A DNA stretch of 64,000 bases from Candidatus Obscuribacteraceae bacterium (GTDB lineage: Bacteria; Cyanobacteriota; Vampirovibrionia; Obscuribacterales; Obscuribacteraceae), in assembly GCA_044226015.1 (NCBI GenBank), contig JBGAHS010000005.1:192001-256000 (forward strand), written 5' to 3'. Under the pieces are notes generated by a model, which did not search any database, was not told the origin of the DNA, and was given only the letters and a program-made list of their open reading frames with translations. Of the stretch, positions 46,117 to 58,200 are shown one piece after another. Made by a program: the position numbers and the translations under genes. Position 1 is the first letter of the stretch. Each line of letters opens with the position of its first letter.

Positions 46117-46596
46117 ATGAAAATCGTCGTTCCAACAATTTTTTTGCTGCTCTTATTTTTCACGGCAATCAGTGTGGATGCGGAAACTGAGAATAAAGCC
46201 AGCCAGATTTTTAACCCGGAACTGGCACGTAAGGTGCTTGGTGCCCCAGTCATAGCCAGTTTGACAAACAAGATGAATGACACTCATATGGGCAAAATTT
46301 GGGTAAGCAATGCCGCATATTCAGCGAATGGCAATCGAGCAGACGTTTTGATAAGGCACGCTAGCGATAGAGCTGAAGCTTTGAAAACATACAATCGAAG
46401 TCGCGAAATTTATCATGGCGAAAATTTGTCGGGATTTGCTGATGCGGCGTTTTTTAGTGATGAGACGACGCCACGACTGAACATTTTGAAGGGGCAGAAT
46501 TGGATAATCATCACCGTGCGGTTAAGAGCCGCTAATGCTGATAAATCCGCCCAAAAAAAACTTGCAAGCGAAATTTTGCCGTTGATCAATTTTTGA
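46117..46596 (+). CDS. Secreted hypothetical protein
   Basis: Clear signal peptide MKIVVPTIFLLLLFFTAISVDA; 159 aa. Confidence 0.65.
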   Translation: MKIVVPTIFLLLLFFTAISVDAETENKASQIFNPELARKVLGAPVIASLTNKMNDTHMGKIWVSNAAYSANGNRADVLIRHASDRAEALKTYNRSREIYHGENLSGFADAAFFSDETTPRLNILKGQNWIIITVRLRAANADKSAQKKLASEILPLINF

Positions 46597-46947
46597 AGAT
46601 ATCGCTTTGATATCAGACAAATTGATGTCATGCGGTGAGGCGCATTTTAAGCCAGTTTGACAACATCGATGTCGACAAAAACTCTCTTCTGCTTGCTTCA
46701 TTTTTTGTCTCGAAAACTCCAAATTAAATCGTTCAAAACTTCGATGGAAGCGTCCATTCAAATTTCGCTAAACTTGTCTGTAAGCCAGTCATAGAGATCA
46801 GCAGCGCAGGCTAAATTCCATCTAAAGCATGCCACTGTAACATCTCAGACACATAGATCCTAAAGATGGTGTTGCTGTAAGGGGCGAGCATGGGTCTTGC
46901 TGATATCATGGCGGGCGATTGAATCCCGACGGAAAACGCGGTCAAAG

Positions 46948-47697
46948 ATGCTTGGAAAAAATCTACCTCTCAGTTACTTCTCTCATGATGCCGGAATGCA
47001 GAGCAACTTTTTGGGCATTCCCCAGCTCGGTCATGTAGGAGACATACATATCGATACGCTGGTGTTGAGCTGGACATGCATGGGCTTCATACTTGTAGCC
47101 GCTGCAATCATCACGCCGACACTCACTTCGGATGGACCTGGTGGCAAAGGTCAGGCTGTTCTTGAAGGTATCTACACTTTTATCGAAGACCTCTGCAAAG
47201 GTCAGATGGGGCACCACTACAAGCCGTTCTTCCCATTGATTGCAGCAATCTTCCTCTTCGTGCTCTGCGCGAACTTTATTGGTATCGGACCGTGGCTCTA
47301 TTTCGAACATGGAATGGCGAACTGGCCCGTGGTCAACGGCGAGCACTTCGAAGTTTGCTCACCAACAACCGATTTCAACGTAACTTTTGGTCTCGCTTCA
47401 ATAGCGTTGATCGTTTATTTCTTCTCTGGTTTCTGGGCTCATGGTGTTAACTACGCCAAACTCTATGTCAATCCGATTGAGTGGATGGACCTTGTAATTC
47501 GCCCAGCAACACTCGCACTTCGTCTTATGATGGTTATTACCGCAGACGAATTGATGCGTGCAGCAGCACTAATGATGGTGCCAGTACTTCTGCCGACAGG
47601 AGTCATGGCATTCGAAATGTTTATCGGTATCATTCAAGCCTTCGTATTTGCTCTTTTAACAAGCATCTACATTGGCTTAACTGTATCGCATCACTAA
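46948..47697 (+). CDS. atpB: F0F1 ATP synthase subunit a
   Basis: HIDTL, PTTDFNVTFGLA, essential Arg in LALRL, ADEL, IQAFVFALLTSIYI. Start uncertain. Confidence 0.93.
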   Translation: MLGKNLPLSYFSHDAGMQSNFLGIPQLGHVGDIHIDTLVLSWTCMGFILVAAAIITPTLTSDGPGGKGQAVLEGIYTFIEDLCKGQMGHHYKPFFPLIAAIFLFVLCANFIGIGPWLYFEHGMANWPVVNGEHFEVCSPTTDFNVTFGLASIALIVYFFSGFWAHGVNYAKLYVNPIEWMDLVIRPATLALRLMMVITADELMRAAALMMVPVLLPTGVMAFEMFIGIIQAFVFALLTSIYIGLTVSHH

Positions 47698-47762
47698 TCA
47701 CATTGATTTTTGTCCAAAACTGTATTTGAAACTGTAACTTAGTAAAACGAAGGAGTAGCAAG

Positions 47763-48101
47763 GTGGAACCCACATTAATCGCACAAGCCGCAGGCGTTGA
47801 TAGCGTAACCATGATTAAGGCCGCAGCACTTGTCGGATCCGGAATTGCCGCAGTTGGCGTTATCGGACCTGGTATCGGTATCGGTGTCGCCGGTTCAAGA
47901 GCACTTGAAGGAATGGCACGTCAACCAGAAATGGCTACAAAATTGCTCGTTAATGCAATCATCATCGCAGCACTTATGGAAGCTCTTGGTCTTCTGGCAT
48001 TCGTTATCGCAATTCAGTTGTTCCAATTCGGTTCAGCAAAAGAAGAAGCTCATGCAACCGGCATGGTAACTCCCCCAGCAATCGTAAGGCAGATTGGCTA
48101 A
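47763..48101 (+). CDS. atpE: F0F1 ATP synthase subunit c (extended, 112 aa)
   Basis: GPGIGIG, ARQPE loop, ALMEAL carboxylate; AAGGAG SD before GTG. Confidence 0.95.
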   Translation: MEPTLIAQAAGVDSVTMIKAAALVGSGIAAVGVIGPGIGIGVAGSRALEGMARQPEMATKLLVNAIIIAALMEALGLLAFVIAIQLFQFGSAKEEAHATGMVTPPAIVRQIG

Positions 48102-48104
48102 TCC

Positions 48105-48578
48105 ATGTTTGTACCAAACGGCACACTTGTCATATTCGTAGTTAGCTTTCTCGTATTCATGTACCTTCTGGATATGATCATGCTGAAGCCAGTCGGAAAG
48201 GCTATCCAAAAGCGCCAGGAAAAGGCGAAGGCGGACCTTGAAGCTGCTAAGCAGGCTCGTCAGCAGGCATCAGGAATGCTTGAAGGCTACGAAGCGGATT
48301 TGAAGCGCACTCGTAGCGAGGCGCACGCAGCAATGACTACCGCCGTTGCAACTGCAAACAAAGAGAAGTCTGACACTCTGGCGCGAGTCCAAAAAGATGG
48401 ACTCGTCAAATTGGAAAACGCGAAAGCTGCAATCGCTACTGAGCGTGAACAGCTTATCGACGAGCTAGTTGTGCACGAGAAGGAACTTGTTGAGGCTATC
48501 ACCCAGAAAATTCTGGGAGAGCCAGTGGCAGTTCATTTAGATGCAAGCAAGGTTCGTAAGAATCTCGAGGAGACATAA
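48105..48578 (+). CDS. F0F1 ATP synthase subunit b'
   Basis: NGTLVIFVVSFLVFMYLL..KPV..RQE; ends in KILG; position between c and b. Confidence 0.88.
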   Translation: MFVPNGTLVIFVVSFLVFMYLLDMIMLKPVGKAIQKRQEKAKADLEAAKQARQQASGMLEGYEADLKRTRSEAHAAMTTAVATANKEKSDTLARVQKDGLVKLENAKAAIATEREQLIDELVVHEKELVEAITQKILGEPVAVHLDASKVRKNLEET

Positions 48579-48580
48579 AA

Positions 48581-49075
48581 GTGGAAGGTTTGAACCATTT
48601 ATTTGAAAACAACCTGATCAACTGGATTCTCCTCATGGGGATACTCATCTATATGTGGATGAAAATCACCCCGGGAATCTTCGCCGCAAGAGAAGAGAGA
48701 ATCAAAGCTTCGCTTTCTGAAGCTGAAAAAGCAAGGAAAGAAAGCGAAGAGTTCGCCAAGCAGCAGCAAGCAGTTATTGCTAACGCTGAAGACGAACTGA
48801 AAAAGATTCTGGAAGACGGAAAGCAAGTTGCAGCAACCATGGCAGCTGAGATCAGAAAGCAGACTGAGAATGAAGAAAAGTCTCTCAGGCAGCGTATCGA
48901 TCAGCAGATTGCCGCTGAGCAGCAGCAAGCCATCACAGAAATGCGCAGCCGTGCAGCAACGGTCGCGCTACGCTTGGCGGAAGCTAGCCTTCCTGGTGCC
49001 ATCACCGACAGTGCCAAGGGCAGACTGCTCAATGAATTCGTTGAACAACTCGAAACCGGTGGAATCAAGAAATGA
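48581..49075 (+). CDS. atpF: F0F1 ATP synthase subunit b
   Basis: FENNLINW N-terminus (cyanobacterial/plastid-like), TM, coiled coil. Confidence 0.9.
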   Translation: MEGLNHLFENNLINWILLMGILIYMWMKITPGIFAAREERIKASLSEAEKARKESEEFAKQQQAVIANAEDELKKILEDGKQVAATMAAEIRKQTENEEKSLRQRIDQQIAAEQQQAITEMRSRAATVALRLAEASLPGAITDSAKGRLLNEFVEQLETGGIKK

Positions 49076-49614
49076 AGAGTGATGAAAGAAGCTCAGCAGT
49101 TCAGTACGCTAATGCACTGCTTCAGCTGACCAATGAATTTGGTGGTGCTGAAGAGGTTTACACAAACCTGGAAACAGTTAGCCGAGTATTGGAAGCTGAG
49201 CCAGAACTGATGGTTCTCTTCAGGCATCCCGCAATAAGCTCAACTGAGAAAGAAAAATGTCTCAATGAGTTCAGCGAAAATATGGACAAGCTGTCAGGCA
49301 GACTTTTGCACATTCTTTGTGAACGTCGCAAACTTCACTTGCTTGAAGCCATCGTGACTGAGTTCAAACAACTGCTCTTGAACAAACACAATATTGTTCA
49401 AGGCGTGCTCATAAGCGCAGACCATATGGATGATGAATCCGTCAAAAACATACAAAGTCGTCTCGTTGCCAAGCTTGGCAAACGAGTTCAATTAGCAGTT
49501 GAAATTGATAAATCGCTAATTGGTGGCTACATACTGAGAATCGGTGACCAGGTCATTGATGGCAGTTTGAAGGGTCGCCTGCAGGGTATCGAAAAGGCTC
49601 TGCTAGCAGTTTAA
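49072..49614 (+). CDS. atpH: F0F1 ATP synthase subunit delta
   Basis: YANAL, DKSLIGG, GDQVIDGSL. Confidence 0.95.
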   Translation: MKSDERSSAVQYANALLQLTNEFGGAEEVYTNLETVSRVLEAEPELMVLFRHPAISSTEKEKCLNEFSENMDKLSGRLLHILCERRKLHLLEAIVTEFKQLLLNKHNIVQGVLISADHMDDESVKNIQSRLVAKLGKRVQLAVEIDKSLIGGYILRIGDQVIDGSLKGRLQGIEKALLAV

Positions 49615-49657
49615 GTGTAATGCGCGCTGGAACGTAAAATCGCTAGAGGATTAAGAC

Positions 49658-51196
49658 ATGACAATCAAACCGGAAGAGATAACCTCAGTTCTGAAAAAGC
49701 AACTGAAGGACTATCAAGCAAGCCTCGCAGTAACCAATGTGGGAAGCGTGCTTCAGGTAGGTGATGGTATCTCCCGTATTTATGGTCTCGAAAAAGCAAT
49801 GGCTGGTGAACTTGTCGAATTCGACGACACTGAGCACACCATGGGCATGGTTTTGAACCTTGAAGAAGACAACGTAGGGGTTGTAATTCTCGGTTCAGGT
49901 AGAACTTTGACTGAAGGAATGAGCGTTAAGACCACAGGTCGTATCGCTTCGTTGCCTGTAGGAAAAGGACTTCTCGGACGTGTTATCGATCCTCTTGGTC
50001 ATCCTATCGACGGCAAAGGGCCGATTGCTCAGTCAGCAGAAAGCCCACTCGAATACGTTCCAATCGAAAAGAAAGCACCTGGTATCATCGCTCGTCAATC
50101 AGTTTGCGAACCTTTGATGACAGGTATCGCGGCAATCGACGGAATGATTCCAATCGGACGTGGACAGCGCGAGTTGATCATTGGTGACCGTCAAACTGGT
50201 AAAACAGCAGTTGCCATCGACACCATCATCAACCAGAAAAATCAGCCGAATCGTCCAGTTTGTGTTTACGTAGCAATCGGTCAGAAAGAATCAACCGTTG
50301 CTCGTATTCAGAAAGTATTGGAAGATAACGGAGCTATGGAATACTCCGTTATCGTAAGCGCTCCTGCAACAGCAGCACCAGCGCTTCAGTTCCTCGCTCC
50401 ATTCTCCGGTGCAGCTATCGGTGAATACTTCATGGAAAGAGGACAGCACGCACTCAATGTGTATGATGACCTTTCGAAGCACGCTGCAGCATACCGCGCA
50501 ATGTCACTACTTCTTCGTCGTCCACCAGGTCGTGAAGCTTACCCTGGAGACGTATTCTATTTGCATAGCCGTCTTCTTGAGCGCGCTTCCAAGTTGTCAG
50601 ACAAATTGGGTGCTGGTTCATTAACAGCTCTGCCAATCATCGAAACACAAGCTGGCGACGTATCCGCATACATCCCAACAAACGTTATCTCGATTACTGA
50701 CGGGCAAATCTTCCTTGAGACAGACTTGTTCTACGCTGGTATCAGACCTGCTATCAACGCAGGTATCTCGGTTAGCCGTGTAGGTGGTGCTGCTCAAACC
50801 AAAGCAATGAAGATGGTTGCTGGTAAGTTGCGTCTCGACCTTGCACAATTCAGAGAATTGGAAGCATTCGTTCAGTTCGCATCAGACCTCGATAAGGCTA
50901 CGCAAGACCAGATTCGTCGTGGTCAAAAGCTCATCGAAATCTTGAAGCAACCACAGTACAATCCGCTGTCTCTTGCGCAGCAAGTGTCACTCATCTACGC
51001 TGCTAACAACGGTGTTCTTGATGACGTAGATAACAAAGAAATCTCTCGCTTCAAAGTTGAGTGGGTTAAGTACCTATCTGCAAGCGCAAACGGAGTCGAA
51101 TCCAAGCTTAACGCTGGCAATAAGCCCAACGAAGCAGAAGAGAAGGAATTGCTCGAGCATCTCAACAAGTTCAAGAACAACTTCTTCAAGAAGTAA
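49658..51196 (+). CDS. atpA: F0F1 ATP synthase subunit alpha
   Basis: [29 protein letters not shown]. Confidence 0.99.
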   Translation: MTIKPEEITSVLKKQLKDYQASLAVTNVGSVLQVGDGISRIYGLEKAMAGELVEFDDTEHTMGMVLNLEEDNVGVVILGSGRTLTEGMSVKTTGRIASLPVGKGLLGRVIDPLGHPIDGKGPIAQSAESPLEYVPIEKKAPGIIARQSVCEPLMTGIAAIDGMIPIGRGQRELIIGDRQTGKTAVAIDTIINQKNQPNRPVCVYVAIGQKESTVARIQKVLEDNGAMEYSVIVSAPATAAPALQFLAPFSGAAIGEYFMERGQHALNVYDDLSKHAAAYRAMSLLLRRPPGREAYPGDVFYLHSRLLERASKLSDKLGAGSLTALPIIETQAGDVSAYIPTNVISITDGQIFLETDLFYAGIRPAINAGISVSRVGGAAQTKAMKMVAGKLRLDLAQFRELEAFVQFASDLDKATQDQIRRGQKLIEILKQPQYNPLSLAQQVSLIYAANNGVLDDVDNKEISRFKVEWVKYLSASANGVESKLNAGNKPNEAEEKELLEHLNKFKNNFFKK

Positions 51197-51268
51197 ATTG
51201 AACTCACCGGGGGTGGTGCGTACCACCCCTTTGTATAAAGAGACACAGTTTTAAGAGAAGAGCAGGAA

Positions 51269-52150
51269 ATGGCTAACCTAAAGGCAATCAGAAGACGCAT
51301 CAAGTCCGTTCAATCGACTCAAAAAATTACGAGAGCGATGAGAATGGTTGCTGCGGCAAAAGTGCGTCGTGCTCAGGCAAGAACTCTTGCAGCTAGACCA
51401 TTCACTCAAAGAGTGATCACAATGCTGCGCGAAATCGTTAGAGAAGTTGCTGACATCGACCTCAATGAAATTCCACTTCTTCGCAGACGTGAAGTGAAAA
51501 CAGTCGGTCTGATAATTATCAGTTCTGACCGTGGTCTTTGCGGTTCATATAACAGTGGTGTTTTGAGAAATGCCCTCGAAAGAATTCGTACACTTGAAGC
51601 TGAAGGTAAAACAGTAAAATTGATGCTTGTTGGCTTGAAGGCAACGATGTTCTTCCGCTCTATTAAGGCAGAAAAGCTGAAAACATACACTTTGTTGCCA
51701 GCTATTCCTACCGTTCAAGAAGCGAAATTGATTGCAGATACAGCTGCTGAATATTTCGTAAACGGTCAGCTTGACTCGGTTGAAGTAATCAGCACGCACT
51801 TCATTAATATGCTGCGTTCGCAAGTCACGAACATGAAGTTCCTTCCAGTTGAGTTGCCACCACCAAAAGAAGATAGCGGTCTGGCACCAGAAACATTGTT
51901 CGAGCCATCAATTCATGATGTGCTAGAGCGTGAATTGATTCCGAAGTACATTGAAAACGTTATTTTCCAGGCTTTGCTCGATGCGTCCGCATCTGAGTTG
52001 GCAGCAAGAATGAACGCGATGTCCAACGCTTCAACTAATGCTCAAGACCTGATCGCAAATCTGACTCTCGTGTATAACCGCGCGCGTCAGGCAAGCATCA
52101 CACAGGAGTTGCTTGAAGTTGTTGCCGGGGCTGAAGCTCTCAACGGCTAG
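51269..52150 (+). CDS. atpG: F0F1 ATP synthase subunit gamma
   Basis: KITRAMRMVAAAK, SDRGLCG, SELAARM, RQASITQEL. Confidence 0.98.
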   Translation: MANLKAIRRRIKSVQSTQKITRAMRMVAAAKVRRAQARTLAARPFTQRVITMLREIVREVADIDLNEIPLLRRREVKTVGLIIISSDRGLCGSYNSGVLRNALERIRTLEAEGKTVKLMLVGLKATMFFRSIKAEKLKTYTLLPAIPTVQEAKLIADTAAEYFVNGQLDSVEVISTHFINMLRSQVTNMKFLPVELPPPKEDSGLAPETLFEPSIHDVLERELIPKYIENVIFQALLDASASELAARMNAMSNASTNAQDLIANLTLVYNRARQASITQELLEVVAGAEALNG

Positions 52151-52165
52151 AAAAAACAAATTAGA

Positions 52166-52204
52166 GAAAGAGGCGACTGTTCACGCGGTCGCTTCTTTCT
52201 TTTC
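52166..52204. terminator. Terminator ending the atp operon, convergent with the large adhesin-like gene
   Basis: GAAAGAGGCGACTG-TTCACG-CGGTCGCTTCTTTC followed by a T-run. Confidence 0.75.
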
Positions 52205-52221
52205 TAGTTTCTATACTGGGA

Positions 52222-55200
52222 TCAAATCGAAGCAGCTGCAATCGAGCCTTTCGCATTTTTGCGAGGCGTTGCAATAAAAGCACCTCGTTTTGCTGTGACT
52301 GTTTGAAGTGCGCTGGCAGTTTTGAAAATGCGATTGAGTATCTGCTTCTCTTCGGCCGTTTTTGGGTGCTTTATTCGTTCAAAGTGTTGCGCATTTGCAA
52401 GTACCGTAACTAGTGATACATCACATACGGCTGCATGAATATTTTGAGCAAGAACCAGTGTTTTAGCTGCTCGTCGACCTATGCCGTCTTCCTTTCGCAA
52501 ATCTTCGCCTGTTAGTTGCTTTGAGGAAAGTGTCAGTTCTTCACCTGGTTCAAGTACGATGCGACCTTTTGCTGTTTTGAAATAGACATCGCCCCTGTTG
52601 CCAAAGTTAACAACACTAACAAGCCCCTTATTTCGGCTTATGGATACAAGAGAGTTTCGTTTGAAGTGTAGATTGATCAAATTATTTTCTAGCACCAGAT
52701 CATCTTTGGGATTCACAAACAGGTCGCCTGCTAGCAGTTCAAAACTGTTACCATCTTTCAGTGCTACTCGCGCATCGTTTGAAGTCGTGAAACCAACAGG
52801 TTTATACAAATAGATATTGGCGCCATCAATTAGCAGTGTATTCGAGCTTCCAATCGAATCCAGAACGAGCGTGCCACCATTGAACGTTGCGTCTGCGGTT
52901 GTATTATTGTTGCTGATGTTGATGTTACCGAATGCTTGTGAACATGAAGTGCAGTGAACTCTATAATTTATCGTTCCAGAATAGTTGATATTTGACGCTA
53001 TCTTCAGCTGGCTCGATTTTCCAATGTGAGCACTAGCAACATGATTTACAGTTGTACCTGCACCTAGTTCAATAACCGGTGCGCTGCTCGTTCTTGTCGC
53101 TTCGAAAAAGGGGGCAGTGCCAGCAATAAATTGTTGTTTGGCCAGCATAATCAAATTGCCGTTAGTTGCGGAGAATCTATTGTAATTACCTATTTGAATT
53201 GAGCCCGTCCTAGCTAAAACTGTTTCACCCAAAGCTGTCAGTGTATTATGGTGTCCGATAGTGATGTTTCCGTTGTTCGCAGTGATTTGAAGATGCCCGT
53301 TCGTCGAGGACAGTTTATTGTCGTCTCCGAGAACTATTCCACCTTTCGCGGTTAACTGAATTCCAGAGAGTCCATTGACTGTCACGGCGTTGCCGAGCTT
53401 TAATTGTCCCCCTGCTTGGATTGCGATACTAGCGGAAGTGCTGGTTAGGACAGCATTAGTTGCGATGACAACATCAGGTATTGCTTTCTGATTTGTTGAG
53501 GAGTTAGAAATTAAAATTGATGAAAAGCTCTCGGATTCTCCGCCCACTGTAATTGAGGAAAACGAAGAAACTCTGAGATTGGCTTTGCCCTCGTTCAGTC
53601 GTATATCAATCAGTTTGGCTATTTCACTTGCTTCTGCAGAGATAGCCGGACGGTAGAACAGAAAATTCAAACCAGAGTTCAAAGTATTCTTGTCGTTGAT
53701 TGTAAGGTTAAAGCCGGCACCGGTTTTTTCAAGTCCTATGTCTGATGTCTGAATAATACCTGTTTTGCTATTCGAAAATTTCGTAGTTGAAGAGTTGCCT
53801 TGCATAAACAGATGTGCTGCAGAAATGGTGCCTGCATTTACTATTTGAGGGCTGAGAATGTTGAGGCGATCCGTAGAAGAGAGGTTTGCATTATCACCTA
53901 AGCTTACAGATTTGGCGTAGATACTTGCATTGGCTCCGGGGGCATCAAATTCGAGATTGCCGTTTATTCTTACTTGAGCACTTGTGGCGTTTATGAATGG
54001 TGTTGCTCCTGAGATCTTCACCGTCACAGACGAAGGTGTTCCCTGAGCGGTTATTTGCAACGAACTGAATTTCGACGGAAGCATAGTCAGATCGAGGTTA
54101 ATCAGGCTAGGTGCTGCTTTCTGAAGGTTTAGTGCAGTGACTTGCCCTTTTGTGTTCATTCCGAACAGCTGTGCTCTCCCATTAGAAGCTTCATACAATG
54201 CTACGGCTTGAGATGGAGTGATTTTACTTCGATGCCCTGCTGAGCCAGCGGCAACCAGAACTGAATTGATTTTGCTGCCATCATCATACGAATAACTAAG
54301 TGGTGTTCCACCAGCAGTGATGCTGAGTGCTCCAGTTCCTGACGCAGCCAGGTCAAATTTTTGATAGGAAATATTTCCTGCCTTAACGCCGTTAGATTCA
54401 GTGGACTTACCGATAACGGTGGTGCCTATAATGATGTTTGATTTTGTCCCGTTGATGACGGTTGGTCCTTCGTTAACTACAAAGAGTCCACCGGCTAGTG
54501 CATACTCGCTGTTGTTGTTGCTAGCAAGATTGAAATTCTCCGGAATGTTCTGCGTCGAATAGGTATGAATGGTGATATTTCCATTCATACCTGTGCTTCC
54601 AGAACCTGGAATGCTACCTGCCGATGCAATGATGCTTGCAGTTCCGAGTTTGGTTTGTATTGCGCCTGAGATTTTTATGGTGCCAGATTCTGTGTTCAGG
54701 CTTCCTCCGTTGCCTGAGTTCATGTTGCTGAATCCTGCACCTCCAGTCAAGTCAATGAAACCACGTACGGTGATGGTACCCGAATACAAGTTGCTTGCTG
54801 AAATTTTGCTTGTGGTCCAATTTAATGAACCTCCATCACCGGCTCTGTTAGATAGTTGAGATGCTGCGGCTCCAGTTGAAATTACTTTGCCACTAACATT
54901 TAAGAATGAAGGTGCAGAAAGAGCTATACTGCCTGCGTTTCCGCAGCTCACGCAGCCAGCTGTGTCTGCGACAATAGGGCTTACTCCCGAATTATTTATC
55001 GTTCCTGAGACATTTATGCCCCGAGAGCTTGATGCGATTGTTATATCACCGCCAATGCGTCCACTTGTGGATATGTTTCCGGATATTTGCGCTAGTCCAT
55101 CGGAGTTTATTTGTATTGAGCCCCCTAGTCCGTTTGCAATTGGCACCAGAGATTTATTGTTGAAACTTGCTGAAGCATCGATCGCACCATTGACAGTGAT

Positions 55201-58200
55201 TGCACTTCCTGCGGGCGAAGTGCCTAACGTGTAATTAAAATTTGTGACTTTACCGCCAAGTATTTCAGTGCCACTAACATCAATGGTATAGGTGTTAAGT
55301 TGAACATTGCCACCACCAGACTGCCCTCTGCTAAAGATAGAACCGTCGATTACAATGCCAGAGCAACCTGAAACTAGAATGTTGCCACCATTTCCATTTT
55401 GTGCGCTGCTATTCAATGTGCCTGTGATGACTGTGCCGGGGTTTATGCTGCCTTTATTGGCAATAAGAGTAATCGCGCCACCAGAATAGGTGCCTTGGGC
55501 GGACGTGTTAATAGTAGTCTTCTCAAAACTTATGCTACCGCCTGTGGTACTGCCGTTTTGAAGTATGAATATCGAATATGGATCAGAAGATTGTCCGTTA
55601 GGTACTCGAGGCAGGTCACCAGATATCTCTATACCTGCAACAGCAAGAAAGCTTCCGCCCCCGCTTGTCTTACTAGTTAGGTCTATAGACTTGACGCCGT
55701 TTGCAATGATGTTTCCTTTCGCTAGAACTGCAATATTCGATCCCTGACCATTGATAATCGTATTGCTACTTAAGACGATGTCTCCATAAGGATTGATAAT
55801 CGTATTGCCATTAGGAGCCTTGGTGACGTTTAGCACTATAGACTTAGCAATGAACGCATTAGGGTTTAGAAGATTTACTGTATTCAATACCAGATTGTCA
55901 TTGACTTGAAATTTGGTGCCGAATTCGGTTGCGATTGTTCCTTTCGATGTAATTGTTGTGTTGGAAGAGTCAAAGTTTCCAGTGAATGTTATATTTCCGT
56001 CAGAGCTAATACCATCTACACTGAAAACTAGAGGTGCTGTGCTCTTTATGGTACTGCCTGCTAGACCCGTCAGATAGGTGCCTTGCTTGGCATACGATAT
56101 TTTGGAATTTAGTTCAAGGATAGGGCAAGAAATGCTTGCTGTTGGGATAAAACCAACTGGATTGCTGATGACCACTTTCTCGCTGTTTACTATAGTGATG
56201 CTTTTATTGATGGACGAACTCGTTAAAGTTAGAGGGAAGGTATTGTTCAAAAAGAATACGTCAGAATTTGCTTCTAAAATCCCAATCTTATTTTGTCCTG
56301 CAAAATTTGCCGTAGCAGGCTTGAAGGGCAGTGCAAAACCCTGAAAATTGAGATGTGGTGTTTCAATAATGGATGTTGGCGATTGCTGTACGTTGTTAAC
56401 CTGATGAAACTCAACTTGACCCTTTCCCGTAATTGTTCCGTTTATCTCTACTGTGCTGGAAAATGTGAACCCAACGTAATCTCCAATTAAGTTTCCGTTG
56501 ATTATTGTAGAGTACGTATTTAGTGCAAATGACTTAGATGAGCTTATCGAGCCATTCACTACCAGTGGTTCGTCGTCCCAAACTTGAATAACGGAAGTAA
56601 CTGACCCACCTTCTGGCGAATCAATGATGAGTGCCCCATTGATTTCATGTTTGCCGCTATCGATGCCAACCTTCTGTCCATTAAATAGCCGAAGGCTAAC
56701 ACCGTTTGGGATGTTGAATCCCTTCAAACCTGTTAAATTTACTCTGTCGGAAATGAAGAGTTCGCCTCCCACTGCAATGCCGTCTTGCGTTATAAGTTGT
56801 CCGCTAAATAAGTACGGATAGTTCTGTTGAGCCGTTAGAAGATTTGAAACAGTCGTTTTATCACTGAGGTCGAGTCCCGAAATCAAGGTTACAGATTGAG
56901 TCTGGTCTCCCTGAATTGCGTAACCATTTTTGCCGATGCCGACTCCGCTATACTGCGGGACTCCTTTATAGTTCATCGTTCCAGTGAAATAGTATGTTCC
57001 GCCGTTTCCGTTTGTCCCAAGAGGAGATGCATCACAATATGCGGCGTCTATATCTATTTTTGACACCTTCATTACAATGTTGCCACCATTTCCACTTAGA
57101 GAACCGGGAAAGCCTCCTGTGGCAGATAGGATGAACTTACCTGGTTGATTGCCGATCGAAATATCTGCATTACTATTCTCAAATCTGATTGTGCCACCAT
57201 CACCAGTGCCGCCGCCATTCGCCTGAATTGGAAGAGCTGCTGATGACTTCAGCAGGGAATATACATTGACTTTCCCCCCATCTCCATTAGTTGCGTTGAC
57301 AGAAATCAGACCAGTAGATACTGATGTATTTTGCGAAGTCTCAAATGTTACGGTTCCTCCATTTCCGCCCGATGTGCCTGCATCAGCTGAAATGCGTCCG
57401 GCACCACTCGGATTTGATGTGTCAATAAATGGCACCGCTAGTGAAATCATTCCTCCGTTGCCGAAACCCACACCATCTGCTATCAACGAACCTGATACTA
57501 TGCAAGTTTTGTTATCACTGAATGCACTTATAGTGAGCTTTGCACCATTGCCGTTAAGTCCTAAGGGGATCGCATTTACTCCACTGCTGTCTACACTTGC
57601 AAAGTTACCAATCGAAATGTGTCCTCCGTCACCGGAAGTGCTGCCGGGTGAACCGCCCGTAGCTGATAGAAACACTTTGCCTGGTCCCGTTCCTATCGAA
57701 TTCTTTGCACTGAAGTCTGCAATCGATATCATGCCACCATTGCCGATGCCACTTCCATTCGCACTGATTTTTAAGGCTACGCCAGGATCAACTGATGCAA
57801 AATTATTGCTAATGTCAATTGTGCCACCATTGCCGTTGGCACTGGCGTCGGCATAAATTCCTGTTACTCCTGAATTCACATATGTTGAGCCCGAGATGTT
57901 GACCGCACCACCGCTGCCTCCACCGCCACCTGATGTGGTATCAAGGTTTCCGTTTAGGTAGAGCTTTCCCATTAGCGAAATGCTAGACCCTCTAATTTTT
58001 CCGACATTTACATCTGAAAAGGTTGAGGTACTGGGAATGAGACCAGCTGATGCTTGCCCAGACTTGTCGAAGATGATTGAAGAGGGGCTGCCTGGAGGTG
58101 TTTCGGGATTGGTACTTGCCACTGTTACGTTGCCATTTTTACCATTCCTACCAAGTCCGCCGAGAGCTTCAATGGCGCCAATTGTGATGTTGCTTGGTCC

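Noticed and set aside
47763..48101. Na+-translocating ATP synthase
   Set aside because: Subunit c lacks the Gln/Glu-Ser-Thr Na+ signature (it reads MEAL).
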